Positions 18,425 through 27,779 of a stretch of 36,480 bases of DNA are shown here, piece after piece. A model generated the notes under the pieces. The model worked only from the letters and a program-made list of their open reading frames with translations, was not told where the DNA came from and did no database searches. Where the stretch lies: positions 1 through 36,480 of the forward strand of contig JBGSUI010000072.1 in NCBI GenBank assembly GCA_041736175.1. Reading direction: 5' to 3'. The number at the start of each line of letters is the position of its first letter. The first letter of the stretch is position 1. This DNA comes from Oligoflexales bacterium (GTDB taxonomy: Bacteria; Bdellovibrionota_B; Oligoflexia; Oligoflexales; CAIYRB01). The translations under genes and the position numbers were made by a program.

Positions 18425-18430
18425 ATTGCT
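18415..18430 (+). promoter_or_regulatory. sigma54 -24/-12 promoter
   Basis: TGGCATA-TTAA-TTGCT, near consensus with correct spacing, 44 bp before ATG 18475. Confidence 0.7.
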
Positions 18431-18474
18431 GACACTATAACTCCCTAGTCTTTTAAATTAGTAAGGATAAAATT

Positions 18475-19302
18475 ATGAGATTAAATTCTTGCGCACAATC
18501 AATGCAGTTCTTCCCTCATTTGAAAAAAATCATTTTGGTTTTTGGAATTTTTTTGTTGCCCACATCGTGCGTTAAAAAAATGACGACACGACTAACCTAA
18601 AAACAGTTGCCCCGGCAAAAATCTTCAGGCAATGCTTCAATTTACCTCCACCAAGAACCTTAAGAACGCCTTTAACATCGAAAAAAATGTAGTATTTGAT
18701 GATTTTATCGAAAAATACGGGCCTACTTTACAAAAAGCTGCATGCGAAATAGCTAATTTTACTTACGACAATGATTTAATAGTACTATTAGGACAGTCAC
18801 CTGTTTATTTAAAGCCATTTCTGGAACATTATGGTCGAAATGTCGTTTCAATCGCCTATTCTGGGAAGGCGTTTTCAGATGAATATAGTCAGCCGACAAA
18901 CGCTCAGATTAGTGGATATTATAAATATTTGCAAACAATAAACTCTTTAATTGCGCAAATTGATGGTAACGGTAGAATCGTTGTGATTGATTTCGTTATA
19001 AGTGGTCACGGCATCGAAGGTTTTAGTGATTTAATGCATCGACTTTTTAAAGAAAAAAGACCAAGGATCGATTTAATTCAACTAACACATTCGTTGCTAA
19101 CACCACTACCAGGGATGAAACAGGTTTACATGGATAGGATAGGTTAATCCCATTAACGAATGATGCTGTCCCTAGAGCAGTCCCTTCATATCAATATTGG
19201 AAATGGGAGAATCTGCCCACATACGAGGGTTTAAATCAGGGTTTAGATCTGCTTAAATACTTAGAAATGAATAAGTGCTCCAAAAAAAGGCAATTTCCCT
19301 AG
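18475..19302 (+). pseudogene. Frameshifted AT-rich lipoprotein gene in three pieces (18475-18600, 18596-19147, 19144-19302), with a possible PRTase-like fold
   Basis: Piece 1 has an RBS and a lipobox-like LPTSC signal. Piece 2 has LGQSP and a PRPP-loop-like VVIDFVISGHG. Piece 3 continues in frame if the duplicated ATAGG at 19139-19143 is removed. Confidence 0.65.
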
Positions 19303-19413
19303 AGTGATGCGTAGGTACAGGCATGTATGGCGCTGTTCCAGAGTGTCCACCGACCAATGAAAATCTTGAAAAAATAAAATCAGATATCAAAACTGGAAAT
19401 CCCTCTATATCTT

Positions 19414-19659
19414 GAAAACACCCGGAACAAAATAAAGCATGGGATTGCCTTTGAAGAAAGTCTTTCAATTTGGAGTGATCCCAAAATGATTCGATTAAAA
19501 AGTATGGTGAATGACACTCAGGAAATACGCTATCTTGTTATTGGTACAATTAAAGACAAGGCGTGGACTGCAATAATAACGATGCGCGGGGAAAAAATTC
19601 GACTTATATCAGTCAGACGACAAAGGAAAAATGAGGAGAAGTTGTATCATGAGCCGTAA
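19414..19659 (+). pseudogene. brnT: BrnT-family (DUF497) toxin lacking its first ~10 residues (not in the ORF track)
   Basis: Manual translation ENTRNKIKHGIAFEESLSIWSDP...EIRYLVIG...WTAIITMRGEKIRLISVRR...EEKLY matches the BrnT pattern. There is no FE(W/Y)D N-terminus, and no ATG/GTG/TTG between the in-frame stop at 19375 and KHG. Confidence 0.75.
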
Positions 19660-19891
19660 AAAGCAGATTAGCTCAGAGGAGCTAGATAAAAAATTTGATG
19701 ATGGGGTGGAAGATGTACTAGAGCATTTTGATACCGAAAACATCGAACGCCCAAATGCAATCCAGCGTATCAGCCTCGATCTTCCAGAGTGGATGTTGAG
19801 TCTCCTTGATACCGAAGCAGCAAGATTGGGTATTCCGAGGCAAGCGGTCATCAAGGTAATAATTGATGACTCATTTAGAAAAAGAGCATAG
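19649..19891 (+). CDS. brnA: BrnA/CopG-like ribbon-helix-helix antitoxin (start revised to ATG 19649)
   Basis: ELDKKFDDG.DVLEHFD, RISLDLPEWM..LD.EA.RLG..RQAVIK; GAGGAG RBS; overlaps the toxin 3' end. Confidence 0.85.
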   Translation: MSRKKQISSEELDKKFDDGVEDVLEHFDTENIERPNAIQRISLDLPEWMLSLLDTEAARLGIPRQAVIKVIIDDSFRKRA

Positions 19892-19938
19892 AGCCAACAA
19901 CCGTGTGCGGCCTGGGCAAGGATCAACGAAACGGGGAA

Positions 19939-20028
19939 TGGCGGAGAGGGTGGGATTTGAACCCACGGTTCAGTTTCCCGAACGCCTGATTTCGAATCAG
20001 GTACCTTAAGCCACTCGGCCACCTCTCC
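19939..20028 (-). tRNA. tRNA-Ser (anticodon CGA), CCA encoded
   Basis: GGAGAGG/CCTCTCC acceptor stem plus GCCA; anticodon arm CCTGA-TTCGAAA-TCAGG; long variable arm; GTGGG-TTCAAAT-CCCAC T-arm; 90 nt. Confidence 0.97.
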
Positions 20029-20189
20029 CAGGATCCTTAGAGTCCATGTGACGTAGTTAACGGTTTTAAGAGCCCATGGCAAGGGTTTTATAGGGCATTA
20101 GGTGGAGGATTGCGGGGTCGAGTGACCCCCTTTTCCCCAAAAATATTGGTTAATTATACAATATCCCGTCCGGCCCATTTATTTTGATG

Positions 20190-20222
20190 GATTAATGTTG
20201 AGTAAATTGGTAGACATTAATC
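20190..20222. promoter_or_regulatory. Rrf2/IscR-like operator upstream of sufB
   Basis: GATTAATGT-TGAGTAAATTGGTAG-ACATTAATC: 9-bp perfect inverted arms with a core resembling IscR type-1 sites. Confidence 0.7.
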
Positions 20223-20383
20223 GTTGGCGTGCAGATTGAAGATTTAAGGAAAGACTCACTCAACCTTGGATTTTCAACGGGATTTCTTCAAGTGTTTCGT
20301 AAAAAATCAATGACCATCGTAAGACGATAGGATTCGGGTCCGAATGGGGACCTCTCCCCTATCACGGACTGGACGAGAATACA

Positions 20384-21808
20384 ATGCAGATCGTTAGCAA
20401 AGACTACAAATATGGTTTTGTAACCCAGATTGAGACCGAGGAATTCCCCAAAGGTCTTAACGAAGAGGTTATTCGCAAGATTTCTGCAATCAAAGCCGAA
20501 CCCGAATTTGTCACCGAGTTTCGGCTAAAAGCATACCGCTACTGGCTGACCCTTAAAGAGCCCGATTGGGCTGATGTTCACTATCCGCCCATTGATTTTC
20601 AAGACCTGCGTTATTACAGCGCACCCAAGAAAAAAACCGATGGTCCGAAATCCCTTAACGAAGTCGACCAGGGGATCTTGGAGACTTTTAACAAACTAGG
20701 CATCCCCCTTTCGGAGCAAAAAAGGCTGACCGGGGTTGCGGTCGATGCGGTGTTTGATTCGGTTTCCGTGGCGACCACCCATCAGGAAGAGCTTGGCAAA
20801 CATGGTGTTATTTTTTGTTCCTTTAGTGAAGCTCTCCATAAATATCCTGAACTCGTCAAGAAATACCTAGGCACTGTGGTTCCCTACAAAGACAACTTTT
20901 ATGCAGCCCTTAACTCGGCTGTTTTTAGTGATGGATCCTTTGTTTATATCCCTAAAGGCGTCAAGTGCCCCTTGGACCTATCCACTTACTTTAGGATCAA
21001 TGCTGCAGAAACCGGCCAATTTGAGCGAACTCTTATCATCGCCGATGAGGGTAGCTCCGTAAACTATCTCGAAGGCTGTACGGCTCCCATGCGGGACGAA
21101 AACCAACTCCATGCCGCGATCGTCGAGTTAATAGCCCTTGATGGTGCAGAGATTAAATACTCAACAGTCCAAAACTGGTACGGTGGCGACAAAGATGGTA
21201 AAGGGGGCATTTATAATTTTGTAACAAAGCGTGGTCTGTGTGCCGGCGACCACTCTAAAATATCCTGGACTCAGGTGGAGACAGGGTCAGCGATCACCTG
21301 GAAGTATCCCAGTGTGATCCTTAAGGGCGACTTCTCCCGTGGGGAATTTTATTCTGTGGCTCTCACCAATCACAAAATGCAAGCCGATACGGGCACCAAG
21401 ATGATCCATATCGGCAAAAAAACCACGAGCAAAATCGTTTCAAAGGGAATCTCCCTAGACCAATCCAGCAACTGTTATCGTGGACAAGTTAAGATCTTAC
21501 CCTCAGCCATCGGAGCCCGTAACCACTCGAGATGTGACTCAATGCTGGTCGGACCCGAAGCAAGGGCAAACACTTATCCCTATATCGAAGTCAAAAATAG
21601 CACCGCTATGGTCGAGCATGAAGCTTCGACCTCAAGGATCTCTGCTGACCAGATCTTGTACCTAAAATCCCGTGGATTAGACGAGGAGGGAGCCGTAAGT
21701 CTTCTCCTCAATGGATTTTGTAAGGAAGTGTTTAAGGAGCTTCCTTTGGAGTTTTCGGTTGAAGCGGTGCGCTTACTCGAAATGAAGTTAGAAGGGAGTA
21801 TCGGTTGA
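20384..21808 (+). CDS. sufB: Fe-S cluster assembly protein SufB
   Basis: [59 protein letters not shown]. Confidence 0.97.
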   Translation: MQIVSKDYKYGFVTQIETEEFPKGLNEEVIRKISAIKAEPEFVTEFRLKAYRYWLTLKEPDWADVHYPPIDFQDLRYYSAPKKKTDGPKSLNEVDQGILETFNKLGIPLSEQKRLTGVAVDAVFDSVSVATTHQEELGKHGVIFCSFSEALHKYPELVKKYLGTVVPYKDNFYAALNSAVFSDGSFVYIPKGVKCPLDLSTYFRINAAETGQFERTLIIADEGSSVNYLEGCTAPMRDENQLHAAIVELIALDGAEIKYSTVQNWYGGDKDGKGGIYNFVTKRGLCAGDHSKISWTQVETGSAITWKYPSVILKGDFSRGEFYSVALTNHKMQADTGTKMIHIGKKTTSKIVSKGISLDQSSNCYRGQVKILPSAIGARNHSRCDSMLVGPEARANTYPYIEVKNSTAMVEHEASTSRISADQILYLKSRGLDEEGAVSLLLNGFCKEVFKELPLEFSVEAVRLLEMKLEGSIG

Positions 21809-22560
21809 TGTTATCCGTCCAAAATCTCCGTGCAGGAGTCGAAGGCAAAACCATCCTCAAGGGCCTCAATCTTGAGGTCAAGGCTGGAGAGATTCATGCC
21901 ATTATGGGGCCTAACGGTTCTGGCAAAAGCACCCTCTCGAAAATCATCGTCGGCCACCCCGATTACCAAGTGGAATCGGGAGACGTGGTCTTTGAGGTCA
22001 ATCGGAAAAAGAAAAACCTCTTAGAGATGAGTGTCGACGAAAGGGCTCGTAACGGGGTTTTTCTCGGGTTTCAGTATCCCGTCGAGGTTCCTGGTGTTAA
22101 CAATGCGGAGTTTTTAAGAGCTAGCTTTAACGCCATCTGTCGCGACCAAGGTGTCGAAGAAATGGACGCGATGGATTTTGATGTCTATCTGCGGCAAAAA
22201 CTTGAGTTTCTCGATATGGACGAGCGTTTTCTAAATCGCCAGCTCAACGTGGATTTTTCTGGGGGCGAGAAAAAAAGAAACGAGATCCTTCAGATGGCGG
22301 TTTTATCCCCTAGGCTCACCATCCTCGACGAAATCGACTCGGGTCTAGACATCGATGCCTTAAAGTTGGTCTCAGAGGGTGTCAACAAACTCCACAATAA
22401 AGACAATGCGATTGTCCTTATCACCCACTACCAGAGGCTCTTAAAACACATCGAACCAGATGTGGTCCATGTCTTGCATGATGGAGTGATTGTGAAATCG
22501 GGAGACAAGTCCCTCGCTCTCGAAATCGAAACCCGCGGCTATGATTGGTTGCTGGCATGA
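21808..22560 (+). CDS. sufC: Fe-S cluster assembly ATPase SufC
   Basis: GPNGSGKST, FQYPVEVPGV, FSGGEKKRNEILQ, ITHYQRLL; TGATG overlap with sufB. Confidence 0.97.
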   Translation: MLSVQNLRAGVEGKTILKGLNLEVKAGEIHAIMGPNGSGKSTLSKIIVGHPDYQVESGDVVFEVNRKKKNLLEMSVDERARNGVFLGFQYPVEVPGVNNAEFLRASFNAICRDQGVEEMDAMDFDVYLRQKLEFLDMDERFLNRQLNVDFSGGEKKRNEILQMAVLSPRLTILDEIDSGLDIDALKLVSEGVNKLHNKDNAIVLITHYQRLLKHIEPDVVHVLHDGVIVKSGDKSLALEIETRGYDWLLA

Positions 22561-23963
22561 ACCAAGTTTTTAACCAACTTCACAACGATCTTAAAGCCCT
22601 GATCTCATTGCCTAGGGACCCTTCACTATCCCAAGATCATTGGCTGTCTACCTACCGCGCCCAGGGCTGGAAAGACTTTCAAACTACTGGACTGCCCGAC
22701 CGCACTTGGGAAGATTGGCGGTATTTTAGCCTGCGAAACCTCAATGAGCCTAAAGAGGCCCTCTCCCTCGGTGATGCTCAACCTCCAACCATAAACTCTG
22801 GTGAGGAGGTGCAAAAGAATTTTCTCAGAGAGCTTTTGATTGATAAAGGTCTAGTAGAATCCGGGGACTTCCAGCGACAAATCATCATGGTGAGCTACAA
22901 TGGCCATTTATGGTCCTTAGGAGTTATGACTCAAGGAGTTTCCATAAAATCACTGGATTCTCTAACTCCAGAAGAATACGTGATTTTTGAGAAAAATTTT
23001 GACTACAAGAGTCACGCTGACGAATCTTTTTACCATCTCAATAGCGCTTTTTTAACCCATGGAATCTTTATTTCGGTCGCTCAAGCCCCTGATGCAGCGC
23101 CGCGAACCATCCACGTGATCCATATAATGACCCCATCCGGGATAGGGCCTCAGGCGACAAGCATTCCAGGGTGCCGCACCTTTTTCCCTCGTTTAGGGCT
23201 TGTGGTCAAGGAAGGCGCTGAAGTATCCCTGGTCGAGTCCTACTTGGGCCTTGCCGGTCCCGAGTCTGACGGGGCGCAGTCCACCCTAAGCGTACCCGTC
23301 ACCCAGATCCTCCTGGAAGCGGGGGCTAAACTGAATCATGTTCGTATCCAACAGGATTCCCCTGGCGGTATGAATATCGGCTCGACCCATAAAGTCCTGA
23401 TGGCGGGATCTGTCCTTAAGACTTTTAGCCTTTCGACCCACGGCTCCCTTATCCGTCATGATCTGAGGATTGATCTAAAGGATAAAAATGCTTCTGCCCA
23501 ATTTGACGGCCTTTTCCTAGTGAAAAACTCCCAATTGGTAGACCATCATACAACCGTCGACCACCGAGTCCCGGATACCCAAAGCCGGCAGCTTTACCAT
23601 GGAATCATCAGCGACCATGGGCGGGGGATCTTTAACGGCAAGGTTTTGGTGCGGGTGGGTGCCCATGGGACCGATGCTCGGCAGACCAATAAAAATCTGA
23701 TTCTTTCGTCTGATGGAGAAATCGACACCAAACCCGAGCTGCAGATCGATGCGGATGATGTTAAGTGTTCCCACGGTGCTGCCGTAGGACAGTTAGACCC
23801 TGAGCATTTATTTTACCTTCAAGCACGGGGTATCCCAGAATCCACGGCCCGCAAAATGTTGCTCCAAGCCTTTGCCCAGGATTGTCTCGAACGATTTCCG
23901 GTCCAAAGTCAAACATTGTCCAAGTGGGTGAACAACCTAGTCCTGGAGTATTTCCCTACATGA
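22557..23963 (+). CDS. sufD: Fe-S cluster assembly protein SufD
   Basis: EDWRY, FNGKVLV, DTKPELQIDADDVKCSHGA, FYLQARGI; ATGA overlap. Confidence 0.93.
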   Translation: MNQVFNQLHNDLKALISLPRDPSLSQDHWLSTYRAQGWKDFQTTGLPDRTWEDWRYFSLRNLNEPKEALSLGDAQPPTINSGEEVQKNFLRELLIDKGLVESGDFQRQIIMVSYNGHLWSLGVMTQGVSIKSLDSLTPEEYVIFEKNFDYKSHADESFYHLNSAFLTHGIFISVAQAPDAAPRTIHVIHIMTPSGIGPQATSIPGCRTFFPRLGLVVKEGAEVSLVESYLGLAGPESDGAQSTLSVPVTQILLEAGAKLNHVRIQQDSPGGMNIGSTHKVLMAGSVLKTFSLSTHGSLIRHDLRIDLKDKNASAQFDGLFLVKNSQLVDHHTTVDHRVPDTQSRQLYHGIISDHGRGIFNGKVLVRVGAHGTDARQTNKNLILSSDGEIDTKPELQIDADDVKCSHGAAVGQLDPEHLFYLQARGIPESTARKMLLQAFAQDCLERFPVQSQTLSKWVNNLVLEYFPT

Positions 23964-25192
23964 TAAACGGGTTTCAAACCAAAGATATCCAAACCATTCG
24001 CGGGGATTTTCCGGCGCTCCAAAGACTTGTGCACCAAAAACCTCTTGTTTATCTTGATAATGCGGCGACCACTCTCAAACCAACACCCGTAGTCAAGGCC
24101 GTTTCGGATCACTATCTCTACGGAGCCGCAAATATCCACCGAGGGGTTCATCACCTGTCCGAGGTTGCTACGGAGCAGTACGAAAAAACCCGGGTGACCG
24201 TCCAAGAGTTTATAAATGCTCGGGACAAAAAAGAAATCATTTTCACCTCAGGAACCACAGGATCGATCAATCTGGTAGCCCACAGCTTTGGCTCGATGCT
24301 GTCTCCGGGGGATGAGGTCTTAATCACCGGGATGGAACATCATTCCAATATCGTCCCTTGGCAGCTCCTTGCCGCGAGGCAGGGTGTTGTGCTTAAGGTA
24401 GTTCCCATTACAGACGATGGTGAGATCCAGCTAGAAACCGTGGCGACTATGATCACGCCAAAGACCAAGCTGGTTTCTCTGGTGGCTATTTCCAACTCTC
24501 TCGGAACCATCAACCCCATAGAAGACGTGATCAGACTGGCCCACCAGCGCGGAGCGTTAGTGCTTATCGACGGTGCCCAAGCCGTGGCTCACCAGGCGGT
24601 TGACGTGCATGCTCTCGGGGCGGATTTTTATGCTTTTTCGGGCCATAAACTCTATGGGCCTACTGGGGTCGGGGTCCTCTATGGACGCAGGGAAATCCTA
24701 GAAAAAATGCCTCCCTTTTTAAGTGGAGGAGATATGATCCGCTCGGTGAGTTTTGAAGGCACCACTTTTGCTGAGCTTCCCGCCAAATTTGAGGCTGGCA
24801 CGCCGCCTATAGCCAGCGTGATCGGCCTGGGTGAGGCCATCCGTTATGTTTTAGGTCATGGTCTTAAAAAAATTGAAAACTACGAACAGCAGCTCCTTGC
24901 CTACGGAACAGAAGAGCTTAAAAAAGTTCCCTCTCTGAGGTTTATAGGCACCGCAGCCTGTAAGGCGGGTATTCTTGGGTTTACCCTCGGAGATATCCAC
25001 CCCCACGATATTGGCACCCTGGTGGATCGTGAAGGTGTGGCGATTAGAGTTGGCCACCATTGTACCCAACCTGTGATGAAAAGGTTTGGGGTTCCTGCAA
25101 CCGCTCGGGCGAGTCTGGCGTTCTACAATCAGGAAGCCGATATAGACCGGCTGGTTAAGAGTCTGCATCATGTGTTAAAGGTGTTCTCATGA
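23960..25192 (+). CDS. sufS: Cysteine desulfurase SufS (type II)
   Basis: YLDNAATTLKP, EHHSNIVPW, FSGHK (PLP Lys), FEAGTP, RVGHHC; ATGA overlap. Confidence 0.96.
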   Translation: MINGFQTKDIQTIRGDFPALQRLVHQKPLVYLDNAATTLKPTPVVKAVSDHYLYGAANIHRGVHHLSEVATEQYEKTRVTVQEFINARDKKEIIFTSGTTGSINLVAHSFGSMLSPGDEVLITGMEHHSNIVPWQLLAARQGVVLKVVPITDDGEIQLETVATMITPKTKLVSLVAISNSLGTINPIEDVIRLAHQRGALVLIDGAQAVAHQAVDVHALGADFYAFSGHKLYGPTGVGVLYGRREILEKMPPFLSGGDMIRSVSFEGTTFAELPAKFEAGTPPIASVIGLGEAIRYVLGHGLKKIENYEQQLLAYGTEELKKVPSLRFIGTAACKAGILGFTLGDIHPHDIGTLVDREGVAIRVGHHCTQPVMKRFGVPATARASLAFYNQEADIDRLVKSLHHVLKVFS

Positions 25193-25698
25193 CCCAATCC
25201 ACGGATTTATACCAACAGCTCATCATCGATCACAGCAAAAAACCTCGCAATTTTCGAAAGATCGATGACGCGACCCATATGGCCGAAGGATATAACCCCC
25301 TTTGCGGAGACCACCTGTGGGTGTATCTGAAAGTCGATCAAGAAGGGGTCATCGAGGAAGTGACCTTTGAAGGATCCGGCTGTGCGATCAGCAAAGCTTC
25401 TGCCTCACTCATGACGATGGAGCTTAAGGGCAAGTCCGTATCCTATGCCGAACAGCTCTTTCAGGATTTTCACGGTCTTTTAACGGGCCAAGACCATCAT
25501 GGGAATACCGAGATGATGCAGCGCCTTCCGCCTAAACTGGGGATCTTTTCGACTATCTGGCAATACCCGGCTAGGGTTAAATGTGCGGCCCTGTCGTGGC
25601 ATGCAATGAACGGGGCGTTGCATCCAGTCCACCAGGAATCACCCAGCAACGTTGCCCAGGGCCCCTTGCCATCCATCCCTAAAGTGACCACGGAGTAG
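25189..25698 (+). CDS. sufU: SUF-system sulfur-transfer protein SufU
   Basis: LYQQLIIDH, NPLCGD, GCAISKAS, RVKCAAL. Confidence 0.93.
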   Translation: MTQSTDLYQQLIIDHSKKPRNFRKIDDATHMAEGYNPLCGDHLWVYLKVDQEGVIEEVTFEGSGCAISKASASLMTMELKGKSVSYAEQLFQDFHGLLTGQDHHGNTEMMQRLPPKLGIFSTIWQYPARVKCAALSWHAMNGALHPVHQESPSNVAQGPLPSIPKVTTE

Positions 25699-25703
25699 GA
25701 GTC

Positions 25704-26330
25704 ATGTTTGTGACAGATCATCCATACGACAGTTCTAAGACGCCTCAAGGAGATTCCCACGGGGATCCTAAAAATCCCCTTTTGGTGGAGTCCCAATCAA
25801 CGCCAAACCCAAACGCGAAAAAGTTTATCCTAAACCGTGACGTCAAAATCACAGGAAAGGTTTCGTTTACGGACCTCACGAGCTGCGAACATGTTCCCCT
25901 AGCCTCGTCGCTCCTCCGGCTGGCAAACGTGACGCAGGTTCATTTTTTTGAAAATGTTTTGACGGTGACCCAAAACGGAGCTTCCGATTGGCCCTCGTTA
26001 GAAAAAATCATAACGGGAGTCATCAAAGATCTTATTTCGCAGCATGACCCAGATTTCGAAGACAAGCTCCCGAAGTCCGCAAAGCGCTCCCTAGGTGAGA
26101 TGAATCCCGAAGTTGCCCTGATCGAGGAGGTTCTTGATCGTACCATCCGGCCTGGGCTGCAAGCTGACGGCGGTGATGTTGAGGTGATCGAACTGGATGG
26201 CAATATACTAACAGTTCAATACCAAGGCGCTTGTGGCGGTTGTCCCAGCTCGATGATGGGGACTCTTCAGGCCATCGAGAGTATTTTGCGAACAGAATTC
26301 AACCCCTATTTGGAGGTCGTAGCCATATGA
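25704..26330 (+). CDS. Nfu-family Fe-S carrier (Nfu_N plus NifU C-terminal domain)
   Basis: TPNPNAKKF N-terminal domain; IRPGLQADGGDVE...YQGACGGCPSS (CxxC). Confidence 0.92.
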   Translation: MFVTDHPYDSSKTPQGDSHGDPKNPLLVESQSTPNPNAKKFILNRDVKITGKVSFTDLTSCEHVPLASSLLRLANVTQVHFFENVLTVTQNGASDWPSLEKIITGVIKDLISQHDPDFEDKLPKSAKRSLGEMNPEVALIEEVLDRTIRPGLQADGGDVEVIELDGNILTVQYQGACGGCPSSMMGTLQAIESILRTEFNPYLEVVAI

Positions 26331-26746
26331 ACGATTTAAACTCGGTCGTGATTAGTCAGAAAGCCGACGGAAGTTGGCAAGCGGTCCATGTGCCTTCAGG
26401 CAAAACCACCCATGGTTTAACAAAAGACGAAGCCGAAGAGTCCATGAGAGAGGGCCTCGGCCTTAACGGAGACGGCCAGTTTGACGAACCACCTACCAGC
26501 GAACAATACAGCGGCAAGGCCCAAGAGATTGCTCAATATCTTGAGGGCCCTGTGACGGACATGCTCAAGCTCCATAGTGGCTACGCCCGTCTCGAAGCCT
26601 ATGATGATGGTGTGGCCCATATTCGGTTGGGTGGCGGCTGTAAAGGGTGTCCTTCTTCGACTCTGACTCTCCTCAATGGAGTCCAGCAGATGCTTCAGGA
26701 ACGCTTTGGGGAAGAGGCCATTGTCGACGTCATCCCTGTCATGTAA
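26327..26746 (+). CDS. NifU C-terminal-domain protein with a HicB-N-like N-terminal domain (start revised to ATG 26327)
   Basis: GGAGG RBS and ATGA overlap; C-terminal LHSG...LGGGCKGCPSSTLTLLNGV; N-terminal VVISQKADGSWQA...GKTTHGLTKDEAEESMREGL. Confidence 0.8.
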   Translation: MNDLNSVVISQKADGSWQAVHVPSGKTTHGLTKDEAEESMREGLGLNGDGQFDEPPTSEQYSGKAQEIAQYLEGPVTDMLKLHSGYARLEAYDDGVAHIRLGGGCKGCPSSTLTLLNGVQQMLQERFGEEAIVDVIPVM

Positions 26747-26761
26747 AAGCAAGGATTTTAG

Positions 26762-27268
26762 ATGAATATCACTTCGAAAAGCCGCTATGCTTTAAAGATC
26801 ATGATGGACCTCGCCTCCCACCAGGAGGGGCTTACCCATCGCAGTGATATTTCAGCCAGGCAGGGAATCCCCATGGACTATATGGACCAGATCTTGATCC
26901 GACTCAAAGAGCACCAGCTTATCGAAAGCACCCGTGGTCGCGCTGGTGGGTACCGCCTGGGGAGATTGGCCCGCTTGATCTCGACGTTTGATATTTTTAA
27001 GGCCGTAGAGGATGGATTTGCCCCTGTCCAATGCCTCGACCAGGGCACCGCTTGTTTCGCCGAACACTTTTGCCAATCAAAAGATGCTTGGAGCACCATT
27101 TCTTCAGCGATTACAGAGTCGCTCTCTGGCATAATACTAGCGGACTTGGTCGCAGCTCGGCAGGGAGTCGGAATAACGACCAATAGTGCCCACGAGTGTC
27201 GGGCTCCACGCCGGACCCTTAATCAATTTGGACCTAGTGCTAGCAAAGAAGGAGCGACCCAGAAATGA
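26762..27268 (+). CDS. Rrf2-family transcriptional regulator, IscR-like
   Basis: [29 protein letters not shown]; three Cys ([14 protein letters not shown]). Confidence 0.9.
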   Translation: MNITSKSRYALKIMMDLASHQEGLTHRSDISARQGIPMDYMDQILIRLKEHQLIESTRGRAGGYRLGRLARLISTFDIFKAVEDGFAPVQCLDQGTACFAEHFCQSKDAWSTISSAITESLSGIILADLVAARQGVGITTNSAHECRAPRRTLNQFGPSASKEGATQK

Positions 27269-27759
27269 AACACGCTACCGGCAATAGCTTTGACCAGTTT
27301 GTCCTCACCACCAAAGTCAACGAACTCGTCGCTTGGGCCCGTAAAAACAGCCTCTGGCCGTACCCTTTCGGAACGGCGTGCTGTGGCATCGAATATATGG
27401 CCGTGGTCGGACCCAAATACGATATCGCTCGGTTTGGCGCCGAGGCGGTGCGATTTTCTCCACGCCAAGCTGACCTCTTGGTTGTCGCAGGGACGATTAC
27501 CGAAAAGATGGGCCCCGTGGTTAAAAAGCTCTACGATCAAATGGCCGAACCCAAATGGGTGATGGCCATGGGAGCCTGCGCCTCCAGCGGCGGGTTCTAC
27601 CGGGCCTATCACGTGATCCAAGGGGTCGATAAGATCATCCCCGTGGATGTTTATGTGGCAGGTTGTCCACCAACCCCTGAAGCAGTGATTGCGGGTTTGA
27701 TGACGCTCCAAGACAAGATCACAGCAGGAGCCAAACCCCAGTCGGCTCCCGTTGGGTGA
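27265..27759 (+). CDS. nuoB: NADH-quinone oxidoreductase subunit B, with no other nuo gene adjacent
   Basis: [59 protein letters not shown]. Confidence 0.93.
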   Translation: MKHATGNSFDQFVLTTKVNELVAWARKNSLWPYPFGTACCGIEYMAVVGPKYDIARFGAEAVRFSPRQADLLVVAGTITEKMGPVVKKLYDQMAEPKWVMAMGACASSGGFYRAYHVIQGVDKIIPVDVYVAGCPPTPEAVIAGLMTLQDKITAGAKPQSAPVG

Positions 27760-27779
27760 TCCTCAGGGACGTGGAACTG

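Noticed and set aside
16126..19938. Intact prophage or integrative element at tRNA-Ser
   Set aside because: No integrase, and by eye no duplicated tRNA 3' end (att site) in the window; only a decayed islet is supportable.
19609..20082. 157-aa minus-strand ORF
   Set aside because: Shadow ORF running through tRNA-Ser and antisense to the antitoxin.
20225..20240. sigma54 promoter for sufB (TGGCGTGCAGATTGAA)
   Set aside because: The near-invariant -12 GC is GA; not supportable without TSS data.
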